Assembly (NCBI GenBank): GCA_050744245.1
Contig: JBOGGX010000238.1
Coordinates: 287-64,286 of the forward strand
Length of the DNA: 64,000 nucleotides
Source: Acidimicrobiales bacterium
GTDB lineage: Bacteria > Actinomycetota > Acidimicrobiia > Acidimicrobiales > JBOGGX01
Direction of reading: 5' to 3'
Part shown: piece by piece, positions 18,277 through 27,768 of the stretch
How positions within the stretch are numbered: position 1 is the first letter of the stretch
Layout: each line of letters opens with the position of its first letter
Made by a program: the position numbers and the translations under genes
Notes under the pieces: model-generated
Database searches by the model: none
What the model was told of the DNA's origin: nothing
Seen by the model: the letters and a program-made list of their open reading frames with translations, nothing else

Positions 18277-19497
18277 ATGACCTGGGTCGACGTGCCCGAC
18301 GGCTCGCCCTTCCCGATCGACAACCTGCCCTACGGCGTCTTCGTCCCGCCGGGCGGCGAGCCCCGGGTCGGGGTGGCGATCGGGGACCACGTGCTCGACC
18401 TGGCTGCGGTCCTGGACGACCCGGTGTTCGCGGCCCCGGCCCTCAACGGTTTCATGGCCCAGGGACCGACCCGCTGGCGGGCCGTGCGGGAGCGGATCTC
18501 GGAGTTGCTGACCGACGAGCGCCACCGGCCCGAGGTCGAGCCCGCGCTGGTGCCGACCGCCGGCGTCCGCCTGGCCCTGCCGTTCGAGGTCGCGGACTAC
18601 GTCGACTTCTACGCCTCGATCGACCATGCCGGGAACCTCGGGCGCATGTTCAGACCGGACCAGGAGCCGCTCACACCGAACTGGCGGCATCTACCGATCG
18701 GCTACCACGGGCGGGCGGGCACGGTCGTGGTCTCGGGCACGCCCATCGTGCGCCCGTCGGCGCAGATCAGACCGGCACCCGACGCCGCGCCCGTGTTCGG
18801 GCCGAGCCGGCGGCTCGACATCGAGGCCGAGGTCGGCTTCGTCGTCGGCGTCCCGAGCCGCCTCGGCGAACCGGTGCCGGTCGACGCATTCGAAGAACAC
18901 GTCTTCGGCGTCGTGCTGGTCAACGACTGGAGCGCCCGCGACATCCAGGCTTGGGAGTACGTCCCCCTCGGGCCGTTCCTGGGCAAGTCGTTCGCCACGT
19001 CGATCTCCCCGTGGGTGGTGCCGCTCGACGCCCTGGCGGCGGCGGTCGTGCCACCCCCCGCGCAGGAGCCGACGCCGCTCCCCTATCTGCGGGCCCGCGG
19101 GCCGGGCGGGCTCGACCTGTCGCTCGAGGTGCGGCTGAACGGTGAGGTGGTGTCCCGACCGCCGTTCGAACGGATGTACTGGACGCCGGCCCAGCAGCTC
19201 GCGCACATGACCGTCAACGGAGCGAGCCTGCGCACCGGCGACCTGTATGCGTCGGGCACGGTGTCGGGGCCGGACCGCGGCCAACGCGGTTCGCTCATCG
19301 AGCTCAGCTGGAACGGTACCGAGCCGCTCGAGCTGGCCGACGGGTCGGCGCGCACGTTTCTCGAGGACGGCGACGCCGTGGTCATCACCGCCACCGCGGC
19401 CGGTCGCCGCGGAGGCCGCATCGGGTTCGGCGAGGTGTCCGGCACCATCCTCCCCGCCGTTTCCGGGCAGACTCCTTCGGCAGGTACGAAGGGGTGA
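18277..19497 (+). CDS. fahA: fumarylacetoacetase
   Basis: Internal ATG of ORF 17416-19497. MTWVDVPDGSPFPIDNLPYGVF...GDHVLDL..., DYVDFYASIDHAGNLGRMFR and IGYHGRAGTVVVSGTPI are typical FAH motifs. Confidence 0.9.
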   Translation: MTWVDVPDGSPFPIDNLPYGVFVPPGGEPRVGVAIGDHVLDLAAVLDDPVFAAPALNGFMAQGPTRWRAVRERISELLTDERHRPEVEPALVPTAGVRLALPFEVADYVDFYASIDHAGNLGRMFRPDQEPLTPNWRHLPIGYHGRAGTVVVSGTPIVRPSAQIRPAPDAAPVFGPSRRLDIEAEVGFVVGVPSRLGEPVPVDAFEEHVFGVVLVNDWSARDIQAWEYVPLGPFLGKSFATSISPWVVPLDALAAAVVPPPAQEPTPLPYLRARGPGGLDLSLEVRLNGEVVSRPPFERMYWTPAQQLAHMTVNGASLRTGDLYASGTVSGPDRGQRGSLIELSWNGTEPLELADGSARTFLEDGDAVVITATAAGRRGGRIGFGEVSGTILPAVSGQTPSAGTKG

Positions 19498-19501
19498 GCC
19501 A

Positions 19502-20485
19502 GTGGACGTACACCTGATCGCCGACGGGACGGTGGAACACCACACGGTCGACGAGCTGGCCGCGCTGCTCGAGAAGGACGATGCCCTGAGCTGGCTCGAC
19601 ATCCCCGTCTGCGACGACGTCGCCGCCGGGGTGTTGACCGACGTTTTCGGTTTTCATCCGCTTGCGGTCAAGGACTGCGTCCAGCGCAACCGGGTGCCCA
19701 AGCTTCACGCCTACGCCGACCACTCGTTCTTCGTGCTGCACGGCCCGGAGCGCGGCCGCGCCGGCCATGTCCACTACATCGAGCTCGACCAGTTCGTCGG
19801 CCGGAACTACCTGGTGACGGTGCACGGCCCGATGAATCCGGCCGTCCCCCAACAGGCGGCACGGCGCGAGGTCGACGCCGTGGTCGCTCGAATCGAGGCC
19901 GGGCGTCTGCGGCCGGCGAGCTCGTTCGAGCTCTCCTACGCCATCGTGTCGGCCATGGCCAGGCACATGGAGTCGTTCATGGAGGGCCTGACCGAGGAGG
20001 TGTGGCAGCTCGAGCAGCGGGTGACCGGGGGGCATCTGGGCAACCCGGAGGAGTTTCTCGAGCAGCTGTTCCGCACCCGGCACGGCCTGCTGTCGGTCGG
20101 GACGATCGCCACCCAGAACCGGGAGATCTTCGAGCGGCTGTGCAACCTGGCCCGGGCGGTGCCGTCGGAGGCGGTGCCGCTCCTGAGGGACGGCGTCGAC
20201 CAGTTCGGCCGCATCAGCAGCCTGGCCAGGGCCCAAAAGGACTACCTGCACGGGGTGATCGAGTTCTATAGGACCCGCACCGACACCAAGATGATGATCG
20301 CGGCCGAGCGACTCACGGTGGTCGCCGTGGTCACCCTTCCCGTGACCGCCCTCGCCTCGGTCTACGGCATGAACGTCATCGTCAACGCCGAGACCGACGC
20401 CTTCCACGTCGGTCTCGTGGTGGTGGTCATGATCGCGATGTCGGCGCTGCTCCTCGTCTGGGCCAAGCGCCAGGGCTGGTGGTGA
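19502..20485 (+). CDS. corA: CorA-family magnesium/cobalt transporter
   Basis: GTG start at 19502 inside ORF 19247-20485. The C-terminal TM pair carries YGMNV (the GMN signature). Confidence 0.85.
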   Translation: MDVHLIADGTVEHHTVDELAALLEKDDALSWLDIPVCDDVAAGVLTDVFGFHPLAVKDCVQRNRVPKLHAYADHSFFVLHGPERGRAGHVHYIELDQFVGRNYLVTVHGPMNPAVPQQAARREVDAVVARIEAGRLRPASSFELSYAIVSAMARHMESFMEGLTEEVWQLEQRVTGGHLGNPEEFLEQLFRTRHGLLSVGTIATQNREIFERLCNLARAVPSEAVPLLRDGVDQFGRISSLARAQKDYLHGVIEFYRTRTDTKMMIAAERLTVVAVVTLPVTALASVYGMNVIVNAETDAFHVGLVVVVMIAMSALLLVWAKRQGWW

Positions 20486-20820
20486 CGATCGACGACGTGC
20501 GGGCGGTGGCCAGCACCCTGCCCCGGTCCGAGGAGGCGCTGGTGCGCGACCGGGTGAAGTTCCGCGTCAGCCGGATCGTCTACCTCGCGTTCTCGCGGGA
20601 CGAGACCCTCATGGGCTTCGGGTTCCCGAAGGAGGAACGAGAGGCGCTGATCGAATCGGAGCCGCACAAGTTCCTGATGCCGAAGCCGCGCGATCAGCGC
20701 TACCACTGGGTCGTCGTGCGGCTGTCCGCCATCGACGTCGACGAGATGACCGAGCTCGTGCTCGACGCCTGGCGCATGGTCGTACCGAAGCGCGTCGCCG
20801 CGGCCCACCTCGGGGAGTGA
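20479..20820 (+). CDS. MmcQ/YjbR-family DNA-binding protein
   Basis: 113-aa ORF with IDDVRAVASTLPRSEEALVRDRVKFRV..RIVYLAFSRDE...MGFGFPKEEREALIESEPHKF, typical of the family. Confidence 0.7.
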   Translation: MVTIDDVRAVASTLPRSEEALVRDRVKFRVSRIVYLAFSRDETLMGFGFPKEEREALIESEPHKFLMPKPRDQRYHWVVVRLSAIDVDEMTELVLDAWRMVVPKRVAAAHLGE

Positions 20821-20821
20821 T

Positions 20822-21229
20822 TCAGAGGCCGGGCTTGAACACCATCAGGAGCAGCCCGGCGACCAGCCCGAGATGGGTGACGCCGATGCCGGCGGCCAGC
20901 CTGCTCCTGGCGCCCTCGCCGTCGTCGCGGAGGGCGGGCCGGATCATGAACCAGCTCACCGCGACCAGGACGACCCAGACCAGCAACGACAGCAGGATCC
21001 AGGTCTGGCTCACCTCGAAGAGGTCCTCCGACATTCCGAGCAGGCCCATCCCGAGCACCCACAGGAGCACGAGGGCGGGGAACGCCATGCGCATGTGGAT
21101 CCGGGCGACCTGGGCCGTGTTCCCCACCCGGGCGAACGAGGAGTACAGGAACAGCGGGCCGAAGGCGCTGACCACGGCCAGCAGGTGCAGGAACAGGATG
21201 AGCTTGTAGACGGTGCCGTTGTAATCCAC
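20822..21229 (-). CDS. hypothetical integral membrane protein (4 TM)
   Basis: 135-aa ORF made almost entirely of four hydrophobic helices. Confidence 0.65.
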   Translation of the reverse strand: MDYNGTVYKLILFLHLLAVVSAFGPLFLYSSFARVGNTAQVARIHMRMAFPALVLLWVLGMGLLGMSEDLFEVSQTWILLSLLVWVVLVAVSWFMIRPALRDDGEGARSRLAAGIGVTHLGLVAGLLLMVFKPGL

Positions 21230-21238
21230 CCGGCACGC

Positions 21239-21604
21239 CTAGCAGACGGCGTCGTCGTCCGCCAAGGCGCGCCGCCCACGGCCGCCGTCAACCGGTGGAG
21301 GGTCGTAGGTGAGCAGGACGTTGCCCGAGCTGAAGGTGGTCGAGTGGACGAGCCGCAGCGGCACTCCATGCTCGAGCGTGTCGAACAGCGACCGGCCGGC
21401 GCCCAGGAGGACGGGATGGATCATGACCCGCAGCTCGTCGACCACACCGGCCTCCAGCAGGCTCGCCGTGAGGGTCGGGCTTCCGAACAGGGCCAGGTCC
21501 TGCCCCGGAGGAGCCTTGCGCTCGGCCACCGCCTCGGCCGCGTCGCCGCTCACCAGCGTCGAGTTCTGCCAGCCGGCCTCGGCCAGGGTCTTCGAGAACA
21601 CCAC
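21239..21604 (-). pseudogene. dihydrofolate-reductase-family (RibD C-terminal domain) protein, 5'-truncated
   Basis: Only the C-terminal two thirds are present (VFSKTLAEAGWQNSTLVSGDAAEAVAERKA..GQDLALFGSPTLTASLLEAGVVDELRVMIHPVLLGAG). The upstream sequence is the tail of the neighbouring hydrolase, implying a deletion joint near 21600. Confidence 0.6.
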
Positions 21605-22298
21605 CTTCTCGATGCCAGCGCCGGCTTCTCCTGGAGCAGGAAATGCGACGTTCCGGGTATGACGGCGAGCTCCGAGTTCGGCAGGGCGCGATAAACCTCC
21701 AGCGTGTGGTCGAGGGTGACGATGTCGTCGTCGGCGACCATCACCAGGGTCCGGTGGGTGACGCCCCCAGGTCCTCCTTCGCCACAGGTGCGTCGGTGAG
21801 CGCCATCGCCGCGAGCTTCTCCATCACCACGCGAACGTGGGCCTCGCCGTCGGGTGACACCTCGCCGTAGCTCCCGCCGAGGAAGGCCACCACCTGGTCG
21901 ACGTCGACCTGGTCGGCGCCCGGCACCGTGCCCTCGCGACTGAAGCCCCCGCTGATGAGGACGAGCTTCTGTACGAGACCGCGGAGCGCGACGAGCAACG
22001 CCACCGCGGCGCCGACGCCGTGGCCGACCAGATGGGCCCGCCCGTCCACGACCCCTTCCAAGAAGACGATCGTGTCGTCGAGGATCAGGTCGTACGTCAT
22101 CGGTCCTTCGACATCGGCGGTGCGGCCGTGACCCCGCCGGTCCGGAGCCAGGACGCGGAACCGCTCGGCCGGGGGACCGACGTTGTGCTCGAAAAAGCGC
22201 GAGTCAACGGCGCCGCCGTGCAGCCGCACGACCGGCTCCCCCTCGCCGCGCTCGTCGTACCAAGAGCGCACGGTTCCGCGCTCGACATACCCTGCCAT
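21550..22298 (-). pseudogene. alpha/beta hydrolase, frameshifted and with Ser->Gly at the nucleophile elbow
   Basis: The body lies in ORF 21741-22415, with an ATG at 22298 (MAGYVERGTVRSWYDERGEGEPVV). The tail (DDDIVTLDHTLEVYRALPNSELAVIPGTSHFLLQEKPAL) is in another frame (ORF 21550-21744). The expected G-H-S-x-G reads GHGVG. Confidence 0.65.
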
Positions 22299-22371
22299 CG
22301 CCGCCACGTCCTCTCGCCGTCGGTTGAGCGGCCGGATTCTCGAACCTACGCCGTCGAGTTCCGCTGGCGAT

Positions 22372-22391
22372 CTAGCTAAGTTAGCTAGGAT
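22372..22391 (+). promoter_or_regulatory. palindromic operator / -10 of the toxin-antitoxin operon
   Basis: A perfect inverted repeat CTAGCTAA-g-TTAGCTAG (22372-22388) overlaps TAGGAT (22386-22391). The first start codon (GTG 22398) is 6 nt downstream. Confidence 0.45.
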
Positions 22392-22397
22392 GGCCCC

Positions 22398-22637
22398 GTG
22401 AGGGTGAACATGCATGAGGCGAAGACCAATCTCTCCAAGCTCGTCGCCGCCCTGGAGCGCGGTGAAGCCGACGAGATCGAGATCGCTCGCGCGGGACAGG
22501 TCGTGGCCCGCCTCGTCGGTCCCCGTCCCGTGGGGGCCCGGCGACCGGGTCTGTGGACCGGCCGGGTCGAGATCCGCCCCGACTTCGACGAGCTTCCCGA
22601 CGACCTGGCGGCGGCCTTTCGTGGTGAATCGCCGTGA
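22398..22637 (+). CDS. type II antitoxin, Phd/YefM family
   Basis: 79-aa ORF with MHEAKTNLSKLVAALERGEADEIEIARAGQVVARLV. An alternative ATG start is at 22410. Its stop overlaps the toxin start. Confidence 0.85.
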   Translation: MRVNMHEAKTNLSKLVAALERGEADEIEIARAGQVVARLVGPRPVGARRPGLWTGRVEIRPDFDELPDDLAAAFRGESP

Positions 22638-23014
22638 GGCTGCTGCTCGATACCCACATCCTGTTGTGGTGGCTCGCCGATGACCCGAAACTCCCCTCGG
22701 CGGCCGCGTCGGCGATCGCGGATGGCACGACCTTCGTCGCCGTGTCCGCGGCGTCGGCGTGGGAGATCGCGATCAAGAAGGCGGCCGGTCGGCTCGACGC
22801 TCCCGACGATCTGCTCGACGCCATCGAGGCCAACGACTTCAGCGCGCTCTCGATCAGCGCCAGCCATGCACTCGCCGCCGGCGCGTTGCCGGCGCATCAC
22901 GCCGACCCGTTCGACCGCATGCTGGTGGCGCAGGCGCGCGTCGAGGGCTTGTCGCTCGTGACGGTCGACAGTCGCTTCACGGTCTACGACGTCGAGCTGC
23001 TCCCGCTCGCTTGA
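22634..23014 (+). CDS. vapC: type II toxin, PIN-domain ribonuclease VapC
   Basis: 126-aa ORF with MRLLLDTHILLWWL.DDPKL...SAASAWEIAIK....L..P..........F..L.I...HA..AG.LP.HH.DPFDRMLVAQA, a canonical PIN toxin. Confidence 0.9.
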   Translation: MRLLLDTHILLWWLADDPKLPSAAASAIADGTTFVAVSAASAWEIAIKKAAGRLDAPDDLLDAIEANDFSALSISASHALAAGALPAHHADPFDRMLVAQARVEGLSLVTVDSRFTVYDVELLPLA

Positions 23015-23036
23015 CGAGCTCGGGTCCCGACGACCG

Positions 23037-23402
23037 TCACCATCGGCAGAGGCAGAAGAGGTGGCCGACGGGGTCGGCGTAGACAAGGAACTTCTCCTGG
23101 GTGTCCAGGTGGCGAGCACCAAGGGCTACCGCCCGCTCGTGGGCTGCGTCCAGGTCGTCCACCGCGAGGTCGAGGTGCATCTGCTGCTGCACGGCGGGAT
23201 CGGGCCACGTCGGGGCCACGAAGCCGGCGGCCCGCTGGAACGTGAGGGCCGTGCCGCCGCCCGGTGGGTCAACCGCCACATGGTCACCGCCGCCGTCGGG
23301 TACCGGCCACTCGAACAGGCCACCGTAGAACCTGGCCAGCGCAGCGGGATCGGGGCAGTCGATCGTGACGGTGTCGAAGCGGGGGACGGCGGCGCCGGGC
23401 AT
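23037..23402 (-). CDS. VOC (glyoxalase/bleomycin-resistance) family protein
   Basis: Internal ATG (23402) of ORF 23037-23543, with FDTVTIDCPDPAALARFYGGLF.W...........MHLDLAVDDLDAAHERAVALGA....E.FLVYADPVGHLFCL. Confidence 0.8.
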   Translation of the reverse strand: MPGAAVPRFDTVTIDCPDPAALARFYGGLFEWPVPDGGGDHVAVDPPGGGTALTFQRAAGFVAPTWPDPAVQQQMHLDLAVDDLDAAHERAVALGARHLDTQEKFLVYADPVGHLFCLCRW

Positions 23403-23580
23403 CGTGATCCTCCTGGGTGATTGGTACCTGGATGCACGGTAGGCGGGGTCGACGTACGACGGGTTCCCCCAACCGCCTCGACCTCGATCGAGCGCGGGCC
23501 CCGACCCATGCCTGGCGGCGCTCCGAACCGTCCAGCGGGCCATCCCGGTCAGGGTGTCGGCGCGGCGCGCCTAGTCTGGG

Positions 23581-24285
23581 ATGATGAAGGTCATCCTCGT
23601 TCCCGGACTCTGGCTCGACGCCTCCTCCTGGGACGGCGTCGTTCCGGCCCTCGCCGCTGCGGGGCACGACGTCGAGGCGCTCACGCTGCCCGGGCTCGAG
23701 TCGGCCGATGCCGACCGCTCGGGCCTCACCCTGCGCGATCACGTGGACGCCGTGATCGCGCGCATCGACGAAGCCGCCGGACCGGTCGTCCTGGTGGGTC
23801 ACTCTGGCGGCGGGTCGGTCATCTCCGGCGCCGCCGACGCCCGGCCCGACCGCGTGGGGCGAGCGATCTACGTCGACTCCGGCCCGGCCGGCGAGGGCGG
23901 CATCGTCAACGACGAGCTCCCCGCGGTCAACGGCGAGATCCCGCTTCCCGACTGGGACGCCTTCGACAACTCGGACCTGATCGATCTCGACGACGAGTTG
24001 CGGGCCGCCTTCCGTGCCCGAGCGATCCCGTCGCCGCTGCACGTCGCGATCGACCCGCAGCACGTCGACGACGACCGCCGCTACGACGTGCCGACCACCG
24101 TCATCGCCTCGTCGATCCCGGGCGCCATGCTCCGGGAGTTCATCGCCAAGGACCACCCCTACGTCCGCGAGCTGTCCAAGATGCGCGACTACGAGGTCGT
24201 CGACCTACCGACCGGGCACTGGCCGCAGTTCACCAAGCCGGCCGAGCTCGCCGCCGCGATCCTGACGGCGATCGACCGGTCCTAG
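23581..24285 (+). CDS. alpha/beta hydrolase
   Basis: 234-aa ORF with KVILVPGLWLDASSWDGVVPALAAAGHDV and VLVGHSGGG (nucleophile elbow intact). Confidence 0.85.
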   Translation: MMKVILVPGLWLDASSWDGVVPALAAAGHDVEALTLPGLESADADRSGLTLRDHVDAVIARIDEAAGPVVLVGHSGGGSVISGAADARPDRVGRAIYVDSGPAGEGGIVNDELPAVNGEIPLPDWDAFDNSDLIDLDDELRAAFRARAIPSPLHVAIDPQHVDDDRRYDVPTTVIASSIPGAMLREFIAKDHPYVRELSKMRDYEVVDLPTGHWPQFTKPAELAAAILTAIDRS

Positions 24286-24457
24286 GTGACTCCTGAAGTA
24301 GGGCTCTTCGTGGCGCTCATGGCCGGCCGGTGGCTCGGTTGCTGGTGAGTGCTGGTGATTGGTGCGGGGTTGGTGTCGTTGGTGGGGGCGGGGCGGGGCC
24401 CCGTCCCTGCATCGACTGATGGTGCCTGCCGGTCCGTCGTGCACCTGCCCCTGCTGT

Positions 24458-25830
24458 TCAGGTGGTGGCGAGGGTCCAGCCGCCGTCCCCGAGGGTGATT
24501 CCGAGCGTGGCGAGCCGCGCCCAGTTCACTGCGGCGGCGCGGGTGGCGGCGTCGGTGCCGACGCGTTGGACACCGCGGGTGCGGGCGCGGCGGGCTCCCC
24601 ACCCGGACCGCGCGAAGTGGGCGATCTTGCGTTCGACTTTGGGGCGGGTCGACCGGTAGGCCTGCTGCCACTCCGGTGTCGCCTGCTTGGCCTTGGCCCG
24701 CTGAAGGAGTGCCTCCCGCGGATGGATGGTGATCGAGCGGCCGGCGGTCGAGGTCGTGCAGCGCTTCCGCCGCGGGCAGCTGGCGCGGTGCCCGGCGAAG
24801 TCGGCGCGGCCGCCGCCATCGGCTCCGAAGCGGATGGTCACGATGTGCCCGGCGGGGCAGCCGACCGTCTCGTTGTCCACGTCGATGTCGAAGTCGTCCT
24901 TGCTGTAGCGGCCGTCGCGGTTCGAAGCCGGCGGCACCTTGGCGGTCACCTCGAACCCGTCGTCTTCGAGATCGGCGACGGTGTCGGGACCGGCGTAGGC
25001 GCTGTCGCCCATCACGGTCGGCTTGTCGTCGTCGTCGGCGTGCCCGGCCAGCAGGTCCTCGACGACCTCGGCGTCGTGGGTGTTGGCCGGGGTCACGACC
25101 ACATCGTCGATCAGCTCGGAATCCGGGTCGACCGACAGGTGCGCCTTGTAGCCGTCGAAACGGCGGTTGCGGCTCTTGTGGCCGTGGCGGGCCTCGGGAT
25201 CCACGGTGGAGACCACCCGATCCTTGGCGACCCGCCGGGCGATGCGGAACACGCCGTCGTCGTCTGCTTCGACGTCCTGGCCGGCGACCAGGGCGAGCAA
25301 CTCGGCCGCCTCCCGAGCCGGACTGTCGAGCTCCTCGCCGTCGATCACCCCCAGCGCCGCCAGGGCGTCGCGCACCAACGCGTCGACCAACTGCTCGCGG
25401 GCCTCGGGATCGTCCCAATCGCACGGCGGCTTGCCCGGGCTGGCGTAGTCGTCGGCGCTCGACAACGCCATGCGCACCCCGAACCCCAACGCCGTTCCCT
25501 GCAGGGCCCGCAGCAGCTTGCGGATCGCCGACCGCAGCAGGGTGAGGGTGTCCTGGGTGCTAGGCGGGTCGCGGGACCCCTTCTTGCCGCGCTCAGCCAC
25601 CGCCGAGGTAGCTCAGCGCCGAAACATCGTACGGCCGCCAGTGCGGGGCGGCTTGCGAGCACGATCGTGAGCCGACCGAGCGGGGTCAACCCGGCGTTAC
25701 GCCGGCTGGCCTGCGCAACCGCTGGCGATATCAGCTCGTCGGCAACCTCGAGAACGCCAAGCCGTGGGCCAGCAACCGGTTCCGTGACATCGAAGTCGAT
25801 CGCGGCCGCCACCGACGGCCGGAGCATCGA
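24458..25830 (-). pseudogene. IS5/IS1182-type DDE transposase, N-terminally disrupted
   Basis: ORF 24458-25600 carries VSTVDPEARHGHKSRNRRFDGYKAHLSVD, VMGDSAYAG, RPKVERKIAHF...RRARTRG..RV..D...RAAAVNWARL. The expected N-terminal ~150 aa survive only as out-of-frame fragments up to ~25830. Confidence 0.7.
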
Positions 25831-25913
25831 GGGTCGGCGAGCGAAGAAGATCTACAAGACCCCTCGACTACCTGCACGGCAGCTGGCCGACATCGACGGT
25901 CGGCTCTTTGTGG

Positions 25914-26552
25914 TCAACCGTTTTCCGTGGGCGGGGGCACGTCGACCCCCATCCGCTGGCCGAGCCGCTCCAACACCATGGGCACGAACAGGACGAGCCC
26001 CATGGCCAGCGCTTCGACGACCAGCGCGACCGCCTGCTCCCGGAGGCGACGGCGATGATGTTGGCGAACGTGTCGTCGGCCCGGGTGATGGCGGCGAGCG
26101 CGACGTTGGCGACCAGGGCGACGGTGAGGGCGGCGCCGGCGGCGTTGAACGCGACGGCGCCGGGCCAGGAAGAGCCGTGTCTCATCGCATCGGGGCGTCG
26201 TGGATCGGGGTGCTACCGGAGTCGGGGATGGGCACCCGGCGAACCCGGTCGAGGCCAGCCCGAAGGTCTGCACCTGCTGGGCCGACTCGGGCATCTTGCC
26301 TTGGGCCATGACCCAGAACAGGTCGGCGACGTCGCCCCAGAACTGGCGGCACCAGAGACCGTTGCTGACGTAGGTCGGTTTGGGGTCGGCGGGCTCGAGC
26401 ACGGTGAACACGGTGAGCATGTCGGATTCCTCCACGATGGCGGCGGGGGCCCCGCCGACGGCCAGCGCCTGCGCCGTGCGGGCGTGCAGGTCGGCCAGGG
26501 GCCAGTCGTTGATGTCGATCTTGCGGGTGGTCCAGTCGCAGTGGCGGGCCAC
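25914..26552 (-). CDS. hypothetical protein(s) downstream of integrase, probably frameshifted
   Basis: The N-terminal 110 aa look protein-like (MARHCDWTTRKIDINDWPLADLHARTAQALAVGGAPAAIVEESDMLTVFTVLEPADPKPTYVSNGLWCRQFWGDVADLFWVMAQGK). Hydrophobic segments continue in two other frames (25868-26185). No family was recognised. Confidence 0.3.
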   Translation of the reverse strand: MARHCDWTTRKIDINDWPLADLHARTAQALAVGGAPAAIVEESDMLTVFTVLEPADPKPTYVSNGLWCRQFWGDVADLFWVMAQGKMPESAQQVQTFGLASTGFAGCPSPTPVAPRSTTPRCDETRLFLARRRRVQRRRRRPHRRPGRQRRARRHHPGRRHVRQHHRRRLREQAVALVVEALAMGLVLFVPMVLERLGQRMGVDVPPPTENG

Positions 26553-26574
26553 CCAACTGGCGTCGCGGCCGAGG

Positions 26575-27768
26575 TCAGCCTCCAGAGAGCTGAGGCCCTG
26601 CTAGTCCGCCGTGGAGCGCCTCCATGATCTGGGCGGCGCGGTGTTCCTGTCCCGGGATCCAGTGGCGGTACACCTTCATTGTCATCGTCGGGTCGTGACC
26701 GAGGACGTCGGCCACATGGCCGACGGGCAGCCCGGCGTCGAGGAGGCGGGTGGCGACGTGGTGGCGCAGGTCGTACAGGCGCACCCCGGCCAGGTCGGGG
26801 ATGTCGTCGCGGAGCCGGTCCCACCGTCTCGAGGTGGCCGACGGTGACCACGGCAGCCGGGGATCGCGCCGCCGGGGGAACACCCAGTTCTCGGTCTGGC
26901 CGCCGCCCAGGGCGAACCACAGCTTGCGGCAGTCGGTGAGCTGGCGGCGCAGCCGGTCGGCCACTGCGGGCCCGAGCCCGACCCGGCGGTCCTCGTCGTT
27001 CTTTGCTCCGGTCGACGATCACCGGGACGTGGTCGCCCACCACCAGGCCCCGGCTGATCGACACGACGCCGGCGTCGAGGTCGATGTCGCTCCAGCGCAG
27101 GGCGAGCAGCTCGGCCTTGCGAGCCCCCGTGGTGGCGGCCAGCCACAGGTAGGCGGCCAGGCCGGGGTCGGTCTCGTCGGCGAAGGCCAGGGCCCGGTCG
27201 ACGGCGGCGACCGGCGGCACCTTGGTCTTGGCTTTCTGTTGGCGGGGCCGCTTGGTCCGCGCCGCCGGGTTGTTGGCCAGCAGCGGCGGGTCCTCGCGGG
27301 TGGCCTGAGCGAAGGCGGCGTGCAGGACCTGGTGGGTCTTGTGGGCGGGGCCCGGGCCGGCGCGGCGGCGGATCTCGGAATAGAGCAGGTTGAGCTCCGA
27401 GGTGGTGAGCCGGTCGGTGCGCCGGTCGCCGATGGCCGGGATGATGTGGTTGCGCCACACCGACCGGTAGCCGGCCAGGGTGTTGGGTGACCAGTCGTCC
27501 TCGTGGAGGGCGACCCAGTAGGCGACGAGCTCGTCGACGGTGCGGGGCCGCAGGGCGATGTGGCTGCGGGTGGCGACCCCGGCGCGGAGCACGGCGAGTT
27601 GGCCCTCGGCCCCCCATAGCCCGGCCCGGGTATACGGGGTCCGCGTGGTGGCACTCCGGAACCGGGACTTGCCGTCCTCGTCGCGGCCGGTGAACACCTG
27701 GATCCGCCAGGCGCCGTCGCGCCAACGAATCCGGCCGGCGGGTTGAGGGGGACGGTGGTGGCGGCCAT
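26575..27768 (-). pseudogene. tyrosine-type site-specific integrase, frameshifted
   Basis: ATG at 27768 overlaps the stop of the upstream small ORF. The core lies in ORF 26213-27697 (IRWRDGAWRIQVFTGRDEDGK..., YLWLAATTGARKAELLALRWSDIDL). The catalytic C-terminus lies in ORF 26575-26964 (VRLYDLRHHVATRLLDAGLPVGHVADVLGHDPTMTMKVYRH). There are at least two frame changes. Confidence 0.8.
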
